From Neoechinorhynchus agilis (taxonomy: Eukaryota > Animalia > Acanthocephala): a DNA stretch of 64,000 bases. This document shows, one piece after another, positions 46,168 through 60,538 of this stretch; the first letter of the stretch is position 1; each line of letters begins with the position of its first letter. The notes below the pieces were generated by a model that was not told the origin of the DNA, ran no database searches, and saw only the letters and a list, made by a program, of their open reading frames with translations. The DNA lies in contig CM121341.1 in NCBI GenBank assembly GCA_051530055.1, positions 16,222,784 to 16,286,783 on the forward strand, in the 5' to 3' direction. A program made the translations under genes and the position numbers.

Positions 46168-46958
46168 ATAAATTGTTCGATTCCTATAAAATGAGTTAAT
46201 GCAAAAGCGACTTTTGTCCGTTTAATTAAATGTTCCACGAGCAATAACGCGGATTAAGCACGAGTTATCACTTTTCGTCGTTTTCGTTGAGATTTTTAGA
46301 CTTTCGTTCAAAGGTGTGCAGCGTTTTTGATGAATAAGGCATTTATCATAGGTTTATGAGTATGAGTTTCACTCGTGGTTAAGTGAGAAATGGGAATGTC
46401 GCATTTGCCTAAACATTTAAGTCGAGATCATAATGAAAGCCAGCGAGCCAAAAATGAACTCCGTATTTTTTCACGAAAGGTAATTCGCAGTTTAAAAAAG
46501 ATGAAATACCTTTTCGGTGTAGTGAATGAAAAATTGAATTTTTCGTAACTATTTCGGCGCTTATAATAATAGGGAAATCGATTTTGTGAACTTGGGTTTA
46601 TTCTCGACGAGCCTATGAATCAAAATTTAATAGGCTTTAAGTCTTATTAAAAAATTAAATGTTTTCGATAGTATAGATTTGAAAGTACTCTCGGAAATTG
46701 TGACAAGGTATTGAATAATATGAAGCAATGAGGAAGTGGCGTCACGATAACTAAAAAATGCTTGATGCAGAGCGAAAGTATCGTTTCTCGTTAAGTCAAT
46801 AATTTTTTAAGTGAAAGTTACTTGGAAAAATTTTGCCGAAGGAAATAATATTATATTAAGTGGTTTAAAAGTGTGCGACCTTCATGCCGATAACAGTCTT
46901 CAAACAAATAAGAATAGAAATCAACTGCGTCTTCCAAATAGCTGATTTATAAAAGGAT

Positions 46959-49852
46959 ATGTCGGGCGATAAAAACCTTAATAACTTGAAGTTGTGGTTC
47001 TTATACAAAGGCGAAAGTCATTTTGTAGTTTAAGTCGAATGCAAAGCTTAGATTTAGCTTTAACAATCTCGTTTTAATTTAGCTCTATCGTTGATGTTCC
47101 ATTGGATGAAGAAAATTACATGGAAACACGCGTTTTTCAAGAAGATCTTGATGGAATTTCATTTGAGGTCAATGACAGGAAACCGAATTTAATAGGGAAA
47201 TTCCTCCAGAAAAGCAGAGAAAAGGTTTCCGGGTTTCGTGATCAAACGGTATGAATGCAAGTATATAACCCACTATCGATAAACCTCAGCGTAGAAATGG
47301 CTAAGGCCTGCTATACTTGTGGCGTGCGTTATTGGTTACATTATCTACTTTGCATTTGCAATGAGTAAACAGTACGGAAAATATCCATTTCCTTTTCCAA
47401 ATGGAAACTATAGTAAGCGATTAAATTCATTTGAACTTGCCACTCAAGTGAACTTTTAGTACTTTTTATTCTTACTATGATTGTCCTTATATTTATTTTA
47501 TGGTCGATAATAGTGCCCAGGCTTAATCGGCGATATAATATGGATATAAAAATAAAAAAGTACATTGGAGCACATCCGAATCGATTTAAATGGACACTCG
47601 TGTAAGCGATAAGGCACAAAATATGCTTAGTTGTTCCGTCTACACTATGTAGATCCATATATTCTTTATGGGCCCTCGTGACATTGACGATGGCAATACT
47701 CATTCTTGTCGATTCAAAACAAGCCAGCAATCTACAATCAGTTCTTGGAATCGTCCTCCTTCCATTACTTACCTATTTAACATCCTTAAGGCCATCGATG
47801 GTGATATTGAGCTTTTAAAGTTCGTGCAAACAAATTCATGTTTAGGCAAGAATTCGTATCGTATTCGCTGGAATGGCACTTCAATTCTGGATGGGACTTT
47901 TTGTCCTTAGAACAAAATTCGGATTTGATTTGGTTCAATGGATAGCCGGCAGGGTTACTCTGTTTTTGGATTTCTCCATACATGGTGCGGAATTCGTTTA
48001 TGGCGACATTTTCGCGATACGATCATTTATTCTACCGGTTTGAGCATGCAAGATCCGATTGAAGACTAACAGTTAGCTGTTTAGGTAACATCGATCATTA
48101 TATTTTTGAGTTCAATTGTCAGTGTACTTTATTATTGGGGTGCTATGCAATGGATAATATTAAAATTAGCTTATCTTAGCACAATGTTTCTTATCTTCTG
48201 GCTTATACTGGAAAAAGATTCTGAATTTCTCGCTCCTGTAAGCTTTTATCGTCACCAGCGTTATCCTCGTGATAAATTATTATTCCACTTGCAAGTAACA
48301 TTTGAATAGAGATTTTAAGAGCTTATGCATAGCGATTCCTTGAACTCCTCAAATTTTTGAAAAAGATGAGAACACTATTGTCGTATAACCATGGTGGTTG
48401 GTGTATCAGTGGTCGAAGCGGTTGGTGCAGCCGCAAACATCTTTCTTGGACAAGTATGATGCTGTGCATGTAAAAAAGCATTTAAAACCTTGATTGCTTC
48501 TTAGACTGAAGCACCGTTACTGATAAAACCTTACCTTGAATACGTTACACCATCGGAGTTCCATGCTTTAATGACGGCAGGATTTGCGTCGGTCTCTGGA
48601 TCAGTTCTGGGTGGATATATATCGGTCGGGGTAAGTGATTGACCAATTTACTATCCAGCTCCGTTCAAAGTCTACCAAAGGTTGACGCGACTCACTTGAT
48701 AACAGCCTGCTTCATGGTGGCACCCGGTGCATTAGCAATGGCAAACCTTTCATATCCCGAAGACTTAAAATCAAAAGCTACTTCGGATATGATAAAGGAA
48801 TTTAAAGTAGAGTAAGTATAAAATTGATTCCTCGCGCCAATGGGTCATTATTCGTCCTAGTTCAAGCGTTGCAAACATTTTTGAAGCAGCTCTTCAAGGA
48901 GCAGTATCTGCTCTTTTTCTCTGTGGAGCCATATTGGCTAGTCTTATCGCAACAACGTCGATTTTATACCTTTTGGACTCTTTGGTAATGTGGTTCTTCA
49001 GCATGGTCAACCAAGATCATGTAAGCTTCCAGGTATATCCTATTTTACTCGAAGCGCCTTGAATAACGCTTTAAAATAAGGTCATAATTGGTTACTTGTT
49101 TTTTCCTTTTGCGTTCATCATCGGCATTCATCCAAGGGACTGTCTCGTCGCTGGACGACTATTCGGTCTCAAAACTTTTTTGAATGAGGTAAGACCCACT
49201 TGGATCGAATTGGAAAATATTTCGTCAGCTTTTGTGTTTTAGTTCATCGCGTTCGAACAGCTTGTGGATATTCAGAATCTCAGAAATGACTTGATTTCAA
49301 ACAACACATTTTCGGCCTATTATTGTGGCCAGACGCATTTACCAAGTAAAACTTTAATGCTATGGAATGTGAGTATTACTAAAGGGTTTTTAAAAATACA
49401 GGGGATAATGGCATAATCATTTTTTGCGATTGGCACCAAACTGCTCTAATATCCATTTCCGTTCCGCAGAGCAAATGTTTCTATTGATTTTATCTAAAAG
49501 AAGAAACCCAATTTCTAATTCTAATATTTTTTATAATTTCAGCAAAAATCGATCGTCGTTATGACGTACGCCTTATGTGGATTTGCTAATTTCGCTTCCG
49601 TGGGCATTCAAATCGGCGGATTGACCGCTCTCGCACCTAAGCGCAAGAAGACGATTTCCGTATACGTCTTAAGGGCAATGCTTACTGGCATTGTTGCCAA
49701 TCTACTGAATGCTTCTTTATCAGGCAAGTATATCATGTTTTAGAAAAGATTTTAAAAACGTCGTTTGTTTGAAAGGTTTATTATATAAACCGACAGGAAC
49801 TGATGTTATTGATTGTTCAATGTTTCCGAATACAACTGAATTTACATTTTGA
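46959..49852 (+). CDS. Concentrative Na+/nucleoside cotransporter (SLC28/CNT family), multi-exon; start tentative
   Basis: [91 protein letters not shown]. Confidence 0.92.
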
Positions 49853-51386
49853 ACCGATAGTGCGCTCATTGTTGAGAATATTCGAGAATAAAACATTTTG
49901 TAAGTGGAAATCTACTGTTAAGAAACTTGAAGCTAACAGACATTTTGTTAAAACGTATTTTTAAAAGTTTTCTGTCTCTCAAAATAACGTCTACTAATTC
50001 AAAGATCCAGTTTGCGACAAACATTGAGATCCACCAGCACACGTATTCATCGGTATTTCACAATTTCAAACAGACAGCGACGTCGTCTATCAATATCGAG
50101 TCTATATGTAGATGATGTGGTTGACGATATAAACTGTGTAATATCGACGAGCATATTTGCAGGCGGATTTAAATGTTTAGCTCAAATTTAGTATTCTGAA
50201 GAAATTGTCTATTAAAGAATTTGATACAGCGCTAAATCGCCTTATTTAAGGATGGGATTCTAGTGAACTTACGAACAGTAACCAGCAATCGACTTCATGG
50301 GCAAATATCGAATTCAATCCAGTAATATTTTTATAAAAAAATTGGTATCTCTATTAGACTCCGAATGTTCTTGCTCCAAAAAAAGAATGAAAAATAATAA
50401 CACGTTTTATTGTTTAAAGTAGAGGGACAATGCATCTCTGGGGCCTTATGAATACTCGAACTCGCGAACACTCGAGTTCTGATAAGTTCCATGAATATGG
50501 TTGTTTATCTTGGAGTGGATGGCGTGAGAGATTTTGCTAGGGTCTTTCCTGTGGTCCATTTCGGTGTGCAGTATGGAAAAATCGGAGGTGGTAGATGGAG
50601 TTGCGAGATATAGGAGTCCAATGGGCCAAGTTTGCGTTTTTGTGTACATAGCCATTGTTGTCGCCCTGAATCGTTTTTACGGTTTTCTAAGCACCTGCAA
50701 ACACAAATTTGCCAGGCGATTCATTGTCCAGTAATAAGCTGATCAAATAAAGCCGTTTAAATAGATCGCGAAAACTGTATTAGACGGCACAAATAAGTAT
50801 TTCCCAGTTAATCAGGGTTAACCTACGACATACTTAAGAAATGAAGGGTATTTACAACAAAAAATGGACTGTCACAATTTAAAATACTAAAAATGAGCTC
50901 AGAACGTAGCAAGTCTTAAACACGTAACTGAATCAACATGGATAAAGTCAATTTTTCGAAATTCATGTTAAGTTCAGTTTTCTTGAATGCTAGATCTTAA
51001 ACGTTGTAAGAGTAGAAATGTAATCGCATCGTAATTCGCACAAATGAACCCTGCTTAAAATAGCAATTCTCAAGAACGCTTCATTGAATAACCATGCACT
51101 AATTCTAAAAGAGAATATACAACTCAAGAAACAGATCAAAATTCATATCGATTCAAGTCCAGATGACATTTTTCTGCTTGAACAAAGTGAGCTAAAGAAA
51201 ACGTGTAAATGCAGAAAATACAGATAGGCAGAAAAATTAACAAGCATTCTATTGTATGAACACACGTTTAATTGCTTTCTCGACTCAAAAGTGAATTTCG
51301 AATCTACTGATAATGCCCTTCCTCTACATGCCTTTATTCAATGTTGGTCTAATGTTTTGATCCATCACTTGAGATCACTACTGACT

Positions 51387-53108
51387 TTAATCGTATTTTT
51401 TATGGTATTCTTGAGCAACTCTTTTAAACTTCACAACTTTGACATTAAAAGTTTCTTTGAACGCAAGATCGGGTCTAACGATAACGATATCATCATTTTC
51501 CAGAAGATGACATTGTGTTTGGCCGTATGTGGCACCGAGCCATGCCATTGCTTTAATTTGATGAAGTATATCTGTTGACGGGTTTAAAATTTGTTCATTA
51601 ACCCATAAAGACCGACATCCTCGGTAGAGAAAACATCTCCTACACGTGTGAACATCTTTGGATATCCATACCAGTAATGCCGGTGGTCGATATTTACAAA
51701 TCGCTTGCATTAATTTCTTATCACTGTTTTCTTTATCAACCACAATAATCAATCTTGCAGTCGATTCAATAGTTGCTTCAACAATAGATAATGCTAGTAC
51801 TTCAGATTCACCCATATTACCCGGTACTCTAAAAAAGAGCACTGAATTAATGAACATTTGATGCAATTGGCATCGCTGTGCTTCATGGGCAATGGCGTCC
51901 AGTTGCTTCAAAGTATCCAATGGTCGATCTCCAAATGCGGATGTATACCCAAGCAGAACACCGTCACAGCCGTCCAGGACTGCGTATGCCACATCGCAAA
52001 TCTCAGCCCGAGTTGGAATCTCAAAGAACACCATACTGTGAAGAATGTCCCCTGAACAAATTATCGGTTTTCCTGCAATGTTGCAACAAGCCGTCAGACG
52101 TTTTTGAATGGTGTTTTGGCGGAATATATGAGTGAGGCTGGTAAGTTTTCGTCGGTCACAAATAATACCATCAACGAAGGGTAAAATTAATTGAATATCA
52201 ATCACTGCTTGCTTACTTGTAACTTTCAAAAACAACAGCGGTTTGTAGCCGTGGTCGTTTTCCTGCGCTTTAATTTTAATTGATACATCCTTAGCGAACG
52301 TAAAACTATGAATGCAATCGGTTATTATTGCGTCCGGGCTTAATTTAAAAGCTTGAAGTATCACATCTATATCTCTGTCATCTTCTAAATGCAGATGAGT
52401 AAAGTCCTGCTCGAGAACGGGTAGAAGGGATTCGGCGCACTTTGTCACAACGCACTCTATCATCTCTGACTGCTGTTCACATTCACATAGACGTTGAACG
52501 AGAATCTCGAGTCTCCCCAATTGCAATAATTCGTTCTTATTAACGAAGAAAAGACTTTCTTGGACGTACAGTCGAGGAAGATCTACTGTTTCGAAACATT
52601 TACACACTCCGAATTGTTTACTGAGACTTGAGGATACAAGGACATGCCCTGTTTCTTTGATTCCACAAAGAGCATCTTCTTCCAATTGAGTGCAGGAGAC
52701 GTCCAATCCTATAGCTACCTCGGTTTTCTGATCTTGAGACGCCAGACGTATTGTCTTTAGAACACTTTAATGGTAGTAAAGCAATTGCTTTAAATTATCA
52801 AAAGCAAACATAACGTGCAATATTCCATAAACTACCAAGAGCACATTTAGACTTGAAGAAATCTACCAGTTTAGATGACTATTAAAGTGCATTTTTAAAT
52901 GTTCATCACGTTGCTTACTGTTATAGTCAACAACAAATAATCTTGCGCCAGCTTCTATTAATTCTTTAATTTTCCCCTGACTATTAGATGAAGGACCTAC
53001 GGTTACTCCAAGGATAGCTTCGCGCGCAACTCTCGGGTCCCTAAAGACTTGAAGTTGACTTAAATGCTCAAGTTGATTTGCTGGCCGAGTTGGAATATTA
53101 GATTGCAT
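51387..53108 (-). CDS. Pyruvate kinase-like protein, catalytic residues degenerate; at least 2 exons
   Basis: VTVGPSS, CNIAGKPII, PTRAEICDVAYAVLDGCDGVLL, ICKYRP, plus a C-domain-like tail. Confidence 0.85.
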
Positions 53109-54998
53109 TGAATCGCATATATCGCTTTGGTCTTTCGGCAGAAATGTTGGCTTGTTTTCCTATTATTCAGAATGGGTATAAACATGCAATAGGATGTGTG
53201 ATTGTGTTTCAGAAAAATACCTTTTATATCGCATCTTCGGTCATTGATCAATTATTTTTTAATGTTTAAGATAATGACTTCAGAGTGTTTATCACGTTTG
53301 AGAGTTTTAATGCAAACAGTGAGCTTCTCGTTTATTATTCATGAATTTGTGCGACAGCAAGGAATCGAGATTAACTAACTCTAATGCAAGCTACACATCT
53401 CCTTTCCGCAACTCACAACAGTCAACGGGCTAACGAAATCTAAAGAGCCGAATTGCTAACTTTCTTAGATTATTTTGATCCCCGCATTAAAAACTTCTTA
53501 TCAATGCTGAAATGAATTAAAAAAATTCGGTCTGAGAAGTTTCCTATGCAAGTAATGTGCAGACGCTTATAGATGCATTAAGGTTGCTGTGGAGACCGAC
53601 TTACTAGTTTGCTTATGTACTTTTTATATTTTATATAAAGATTACGCCTCTGCAAAATAGCTCAAGAGAGTTGTTGTGATCTTTGAGCATAAACTGAGTA
53701 TTTATGGAACAACGATGCTTACTATAAGCGCATGACTTACTCGGTATATTGCATTATCGTTTAAGAAAATGCTGTGATAATTGAGCTACGACAATATTTT
53801 TGAAACTATAACTTTGAATTATAAAGTATGATGTAGTCTGAATTGTCGTTAATTCAACCTTAAAGCCTAATTTTATTTTATAGTTCATAAATGATAAGCG
53901 AAGCGTGATTATATTTCAAAACTAAAACAATGATTAAGACTTTCGAAAGGCATTCAGTTAGGATATTGTACTTCAATTGTGGAAATAAATCACATTTTTC
54001 TCATCTCAAGATTGGTATGGTATAAAATATTCATAATCAATTCTCTTTTTTTGTTGCAAATCGTCAAACCACCGTTCGTGCATTTAACTTTTTAAGTATT
54101 CAGCTATTTCTCACGGTCAATACAACGCTGAAGTGAAAATAGAAGGTAAAATTGTTAATCTGAAGTTTTAAATCACAAGGATTGTTAACCAACAAAAAAC
54201 GTTTCAATCAGAATTCGCTTAGACTCGCCGTGTCAAGAATAAAAACGAAAATCCTACCCAATTATTGCTAACATTGATTGCAGTACTATGACCTATTTGT
54301 GCATTAGTACCATTCCCTCTTATAGCATTGCTCATTAGTGTCGTACGAAATCTTTGTATTCACCGCGGTGTTTAAACAACTACGCTTTTTCAGTATATAA
54401 CTCAAGACAAGAATTGTACGCGTTCTTTCTATAATACATCTCTTTTAAGCTCTTTAAACCGGTTTAAAGGAAATTGAAGTTAATCGCTTTCTCTTATCAA
54501 TATTAGATTTGTAATGTGCTCAATTAGGGTTCATATCTATTTAGAACTTCAATGAGTACAGAAATGTATTACTTGCGTACTAACTATGAGGATCCAAAAA
54601 TTGAAAATGTCTTATTCAGCTACGTAGTTTGTTTAATTCAAAAGAAGAATCTGTATAACTTTTGCCTTGCTTCATAATTTCCATCTACTTTGGAATCATT
54701 GAATATCTTCGCAGAAGCGCTGAACCGTCAGTTTAAAATGAGCATGTCTGAGGTAGCAAATTCCAGTAATGCAGACGATTTGCGCTCTAAATCGCAAATC
54801 GGCTACCATATAAAAGTTCTCCATAGAAACACAGACATCAATAATAGTATAATCCACAGGATTTTGCCGCGCCGGCGGATTCAATATCAATACTCTTCCC
54901 TAATGGTCCACGTAGAACACTTTTTTGAAAGTTATATAAAACACACTTTATTTTACACAAAGTAGGTTTAAATTAAAAAGATCTTCTTCATAACTCAG

Positions 54999-55962
54999 AT
55001 GACGATTCCGTTAGCTTTCACTGAAATCATCTTTGTTGCACGAATTGTCAACTCAACTTGTTTGGGTAGTACGCGCTCAATCCCACCTCAACACATGATG
55101 CTCCTCTCTTTCTACGTACTTTCCAAAATCCGCGGGCCATGCGAGATTATTGGAGGCCATCCTGTGAACTACTTGGCCAATGAAGAAACGATTCCTACTT
55201 TCGATTCGGAAGTTGATTATGTTGCCGGCGTGAACCGCGTACGCTCAGTGAAATCTATTCTGTCTTAAATATACTTCACTGGGCTTAGAAGGGGGTCGGC
55301 CGTCCGTGAGTTTCATTGCACATCGTAGAGATATTAATTCAGACCTTTTAGAGAAGTTAAACCAAGTGCCCATCGGATGGCTTCACGATTCAGGCACATT
55401 CATATCGCCATTTCAATGCGGTTCATTAAGGCCAAAGTGGTATAGCGCCCAGGAACATTCTGACAAAATTAAATGTACAAAAACCGGTCGACCTGTATTG
55501 CAATGCCCCGATGGCATTTCTTTGCATGTCCAACAGATTATTGATACTGATGCTAAAGACAAAATGGCACCCTTTGGAGACGGAAAGTTCGAAATATCGA
55601 TAACCAATACACTCGATCGTGAAGTTACTATCCCTGCATTGCTCAATAAGGATGGAAAAGTGATATGGGAAGATAGTTTGGTTTTGTTGGACATTAGTTT
55701 TGGACGTGCCTGGGCGTTTCCAGGAAATGGCCGAGAAGATAACCTGCAGCCAACAATTTTAAAAAAAGGAGAATCTCTGAAAACTATCACCAATGTGTTA
55801 ACAATCGAAGGAAGTAACGAATGGAAAATAGGAGGCACAAGAGTGTATTTGTCATTTTGTCTTGGAAATGTTTGCAGGCAGAATTTCTTTTATTACAACA
55901 GCAAGGCACATGAAATAATTCATAAAGATTTCGTTGGTAAGAGTGCGTTCGAAGATGTTTGA
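54999..55962 (+). CDS. Uncharacterised protein, probably two exons
   Basis: Long ORF 55306-55962 with natural-looking composition, preceded by ORF 54999-55268; AATAAA right after the stop. Junction unresolved; no family recognised. Confidence 0.55.
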
Positions 55963-56229
55963 ATAAAAAGTTTATATCTTTTGCTCATTAGCCATTTAAA
56001 TGTATTAAGCATTGGATCTTCTAATAGTATATTAAAGAAATTAGCTTTTATTTATTCTGTCGTTTTGTCTTGATACAGCTGATTATTTGCTAACGTCGTA
56101 AACACTTGCAAACAATTCAAGACAAGCGGAAATCTATTACCCAATTCCCGAAAGCAAAACTTAGAGCAATTATTCAACCCAAAACAATCCATAGGACACA
56201 CACAAACTCACTGACGCTCGTACTGGAGA

Positions 56230-59110
56230 ATGTCTTTTTGCGAACCTACTTCTTCCGGCATCGATGCTACGTCCGCCTCCAAGGTTTCCACAGGTTTGCG
56301 TAAGATCTGCTCAAAAGTAGTCAGAGTCACGAAATTAGGTCTCCTCCATGTTCACGGTCCCCGTTCTTCACGCTGCGAAGGGTCGGGCATGTCCCCTGAG
56401 GATATCAGCTCTTCCCCCTCCCCAAATTGTGAACTTGACTTTGATTCACAAAATCTTCCCTTAATTGTGAAACTTTTTCGTGTCCTTCCCAATCACGTCC
56501 TCAAACGAATTCCTAAAGGTATCAAGTAGGTTCCGCATTTGCGGACCTTTTAAATGAATGAGTCTGTAATAATAGCGCAATATCCTGGATGCGTTTGTTC
56601 GCCTTCCCTCGACTCGTATTATTCGCCGGAGAGTCCTCAGAGGAATCCTTGACATCAATTGTCAAGTCCAGAGTCGCCAACTTCCCTGATAATTTCCTCG
56701 CTGTGCTCAAATCTGCCGAGGATCCAACATCCTTTTCGACGAAATCTGAAGGTCCTCGTCGTTTTTCATCTAGACGCTTAGGGGAACGCGTATCGGCCAA
56801 GTTGTCCGACGGCGACATCCGTGGAGCCGTGCGCCTTCTCTCATCAACGGATACTTTTGCGGGGGACACAATTACCACTTTGAACGCTTTGCGGGAAAAA
56901 CACCCACCTTCAGCCGTACCACCACCTCCTAGCTCACATTCCCCTTCACCGATAGATCTCAAACCGATAGATGTGGTCGAAATGAAAGGGGCCCTCTCCT
57001 CATTCGCCAGCGGTTCAAGTCACGGTCTAGACGGGCTCAGACCCCAACATCTAAAGGACTCAATCTCGGGGGAACGCGTTGCGCTGCGGAAAAAGTCGCC
57101 AAGGCTTTTGACCACTATAGTGAACCTCATCGCTCGAGGCGACACGAATGCCACTGGAATACATTTCATGTTTTCGGCTTCCCTGTGTGCCCTTAATAAG
57201 AAGGACGGTGGGATTCGTCCCATAGCAATCGGAACTACCCTTCGCCGTCTCACCGGAAAGATTCTGTCAAAAAGGGTCGCGGAAAAAGCAGGCCAGATCC
57301 TTAGGCCCGTCCAGCTCGGATGTTGCTCTCCTTGTGGAGCAGAGGCTATAGTCCACGCGCTGCGTTCTTTTATTAATTCTGGTAGGGGCGTTCAGGTAAT
57401 CCTGAAGTGCGATTTCGCAAATGCCTTCAACACTATCGATCGAGGCATCTTAATCTCAACAGTCGGAAACACTATTCCAGAGCTTCTCCCCTACTTTCAG
57501 TCAGCATATTGCTCTCACACCTCGCTCGTATATAATAATGAACTAATCTGGTCTCGATCGGGTGTGCAGCAAGGGGACCCTCTGGGGCCTTTAGGTTTTG
57601 CTCTGACGACAAACAATCTGGCGCAATCTCTTCGATCACCATTCAACGCCTGGTATCTGGATGACGCTACTCTAGGAGGTCCCCCGTCTGAAGTCCTACA
57701 AGATTTAACGGTTCTTTTGGAAGAATGTAAAAAAAATTGCCTCAAACTGAACCCAAGCAAGTGCGAAATTTTGGTTTTGAATTGTGGGGACGAGGAACGC
57801 GCACAAATTTTGAGAGAGTTTGAAAAGGCCGCACCTAATATCCGACTTATCACCAAGTCCAGCTTAGAACTGCTGGGAAGCTGCGTTCTCGAGGAGAATA
57901 TGCAAGCCGAGATCAGGAAAATCAGACCTTCCATTGATCTCATCTGTTCAAGGGCCTCTGAACTTTTCCCTCACGATGCTCTCTTCCTTTTAAAAAATTG
58001 CATCTTCATTCCACGCATCCTCCATAAACTGCGGTCAACCCCTTCCTTTCAATGTCAGCCCGAATTGAGAGAGATTGATGGTTCTTTAAGGGATGGTCTA
58101 TGTAAGATCCTTAATATTAAGCTCCCCGACACTGGCTGGACCCAGGCATCTTTGCCCACAAGCTACGGAGGGATCGGTATTCGTGCCAGCTCAGCCATTG
58201 CGCTTCCAGCCTTTCTATCGTTTCTTAGTAGGTCCAAGCGCCTTTCCAGATTGATTTTGAGACATAATTTTGAGGGGGACATCAGCCTGGAGCCCGCTCT
58301 TCATCTTTGGATGTCCCTGTCTAACCTCGACAAGATTCCAGACCTCCCGGAAAAACAGAAATCGTGGGACATTCCGTTAGTGGAGCGTGTTCACACCTCA
58401 CTTTTTGACTCGCTCTCCGACGTGGATAGAACGCGATTAACTGCAGTTTCCTGCAAAGAGTCCGGCACCTGGTTGAAAGCTGTACCATCAGCAAATATCG
58501 GTTCGAGATTAGACGGCGAGGCTCTCAGAATCGCAGTGTCCCTAAGGCTCGGGCTCCCGGTTTGTATCCCTCACACCTGCCGATGCGGGACGGAAGTCGA
58601 CCCCTCGGGCAGGCACGGTTTAGCCTGTAAACGCTCAAGTGGCCGTTTTGCTAGACACATCGAAATAAACGCATTGCTGAGCCGCGCTTTGAAAACGGCT
58701 AACTCTCCGAATATCCTCGAGCCTAGCAACATCTGCAGGATCGATGGGCGTAGGCCGGATGGAGTTACCGTTTTTCCTTGGAGCAGGGGGAGATGTCTCC
58801 TATGGGACGCAACATGCGTCGACTCCTTGCAGCCAGCAATCTGCGAGATGCATCCTCCGAGGCTGGGGGAGCCGCATCAGCAGCTGAGCTCCGTAAGGTT
58901 GCAAAATACGCTGATTTTACGAATTCTCATCATTTTGTCCCCTTCGCAGTGGAAACCTTAGGAGCTTTCGGACGTGCGGCCAGGAGTTTTGTTTCCGAAC
59001 TGGGGCATCGACTGATCAACTCGACCAATGACAGGAGGGCTCGTTCGTTCCTAGTGCAGAACATATCCTTGGCTATCCAGCGAGGAAACGCAGCGAGGCG
59101 TCTTGGGGAC
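56230..59110 (+). mobile_element. CRE-clade non-LTR retrotransposon, near full-length, best-preserved copy
   Basis: N-terminal HGPRSSRCEGSG; RT with GIRPIAIG, KCDFANAFN, GVQQGDPLGP, WYLDD (57654-57665); CCHC knuckle; RLE RPDG..WDATC..D / FAVETLG / QRGNA. Lesions near 56520, 56557 and 58829. Confidence 0.95.
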
Positions 59111-60008
59111 GGTGAAGTACGATTGAGTTTTTTTAATAAAAAAATTAACATGTTTTAAAAAAAGAGAATGTTTTTAAAGTAGCGACACGAGCAGTCTTTA
59201 TTTAAAGGGAACATAAAAAAAATTAATTAAATTGAGAAAACAGCAACCTAAATTGATCGAAGTGGTGATTTGTGTAGTTCATGCGAAAAAAAAGAATTCC
59301 AGAAAGCATGGCGCTCAGTGCTCGTTATGATCTTTATGTTATAGTGCTAAGTCTTATTGATTATGGATTTTTTATTGGACAATGCCATCTTATTTTCTTT
59401 ATCATTGCATAAATGATGGAAATCCTGGAACCTCAACAGTACATCGTCCATCTCATAATTTTTTCTTCATGTAAACAGTGTTATCGTTTTTATTGCCCGT
59501 TATGCAAAAAAATCTTTACTGAATGATTGCCCAATAATGATATTTCTCATTCTTTTGTCGGAATTATCCATCCTAAATTGTACTCTTCATATCTTAATCG
59601 CTTTAATAAATTACTTTGCTAGGAAAACTTGAACGTAGAGCGGTATCGATTTTTATGGTTGGGGAACGATATAGGCTAACAGGGACGAACTAAAGCAGTT
59701 AATCGTCATACTTGACTGAGGCTTACATAGTTGCTGCCGATGCGCTTTGAGATCTGATTTAAAGGTAAAGTGCTTTAAGCATCCTAATCTGTCAGGCAGT
59801 ATCGTCAAAGTCAAAAACTTCTTGACGAAATATAAATTCGTTTATTCGCACGTTTCCGAATCACGAGATTTTTTGCAAGCTATGATATCAGATAGTATTT
59901 AATGGATCTTTGGTAAAAAGGTAAACATCCGGCAATGTTGGTTGATAGTTAATTGACACACTGAAAACTTCCCCTCCACAAAGCTCGAAGTTAAATTTTA
60001 ATTAACTT

Positions 60009-60538
60009 TCAATGTCCTTGAAATATTAGACAAGATCCATTGATGCAATATCGCTGTCCAGTAGGCTGAGGACCGTCAGGAAAAACATGGCCCATATGAG
60101 CATCACACATTCCGCATTTAACGCCCACTCTTTGCAATCCACCACTCAGATCCATTTGTTGGGTCAAACTGTTCGGCTGAGCAGGTTGATAAAAGGAGGG
60201 CCACCCTGTACCACTGTTGTATTTTGCCGAAGAATGGAACAATAAATTTCCGCAGTTGGCACAAAGATATCTCCCATTTCCTTGATGCAATCGATAAGGA
60301 ATATAATCTAAACAGAATCACCCTATATAATATCGATCGCGCATATATTGGAATTAAGAGGGCTTGAAAACGCAGGCTCAGTTCCATTATTGAACATTAT
60401 GTATTTTTGTTGATCTGTCAAGCGATAGCTGCTCATTTTTTGATATGGTTGGCGGTATAGCGCTCTTGAGAAAAGATAAGCGTTTGCAAAACGTATGACG
60501 ATTGAGCTCTTTATGAGTTGTGAGAGTTTAGATGTCAT
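60009..60538 (-). CDS. MSRB: Methionine-R-sulfoxide reductase B (Zn-binding, Cys type), 2 exons, probable mitochondrial presequence
   Basis: GTEPAFS, YLCANC..LF.S..KY.SGTGWPSF, CGMCDAHMGHVFPDGP.PTG.RYCIN. Confidence 0.92.
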
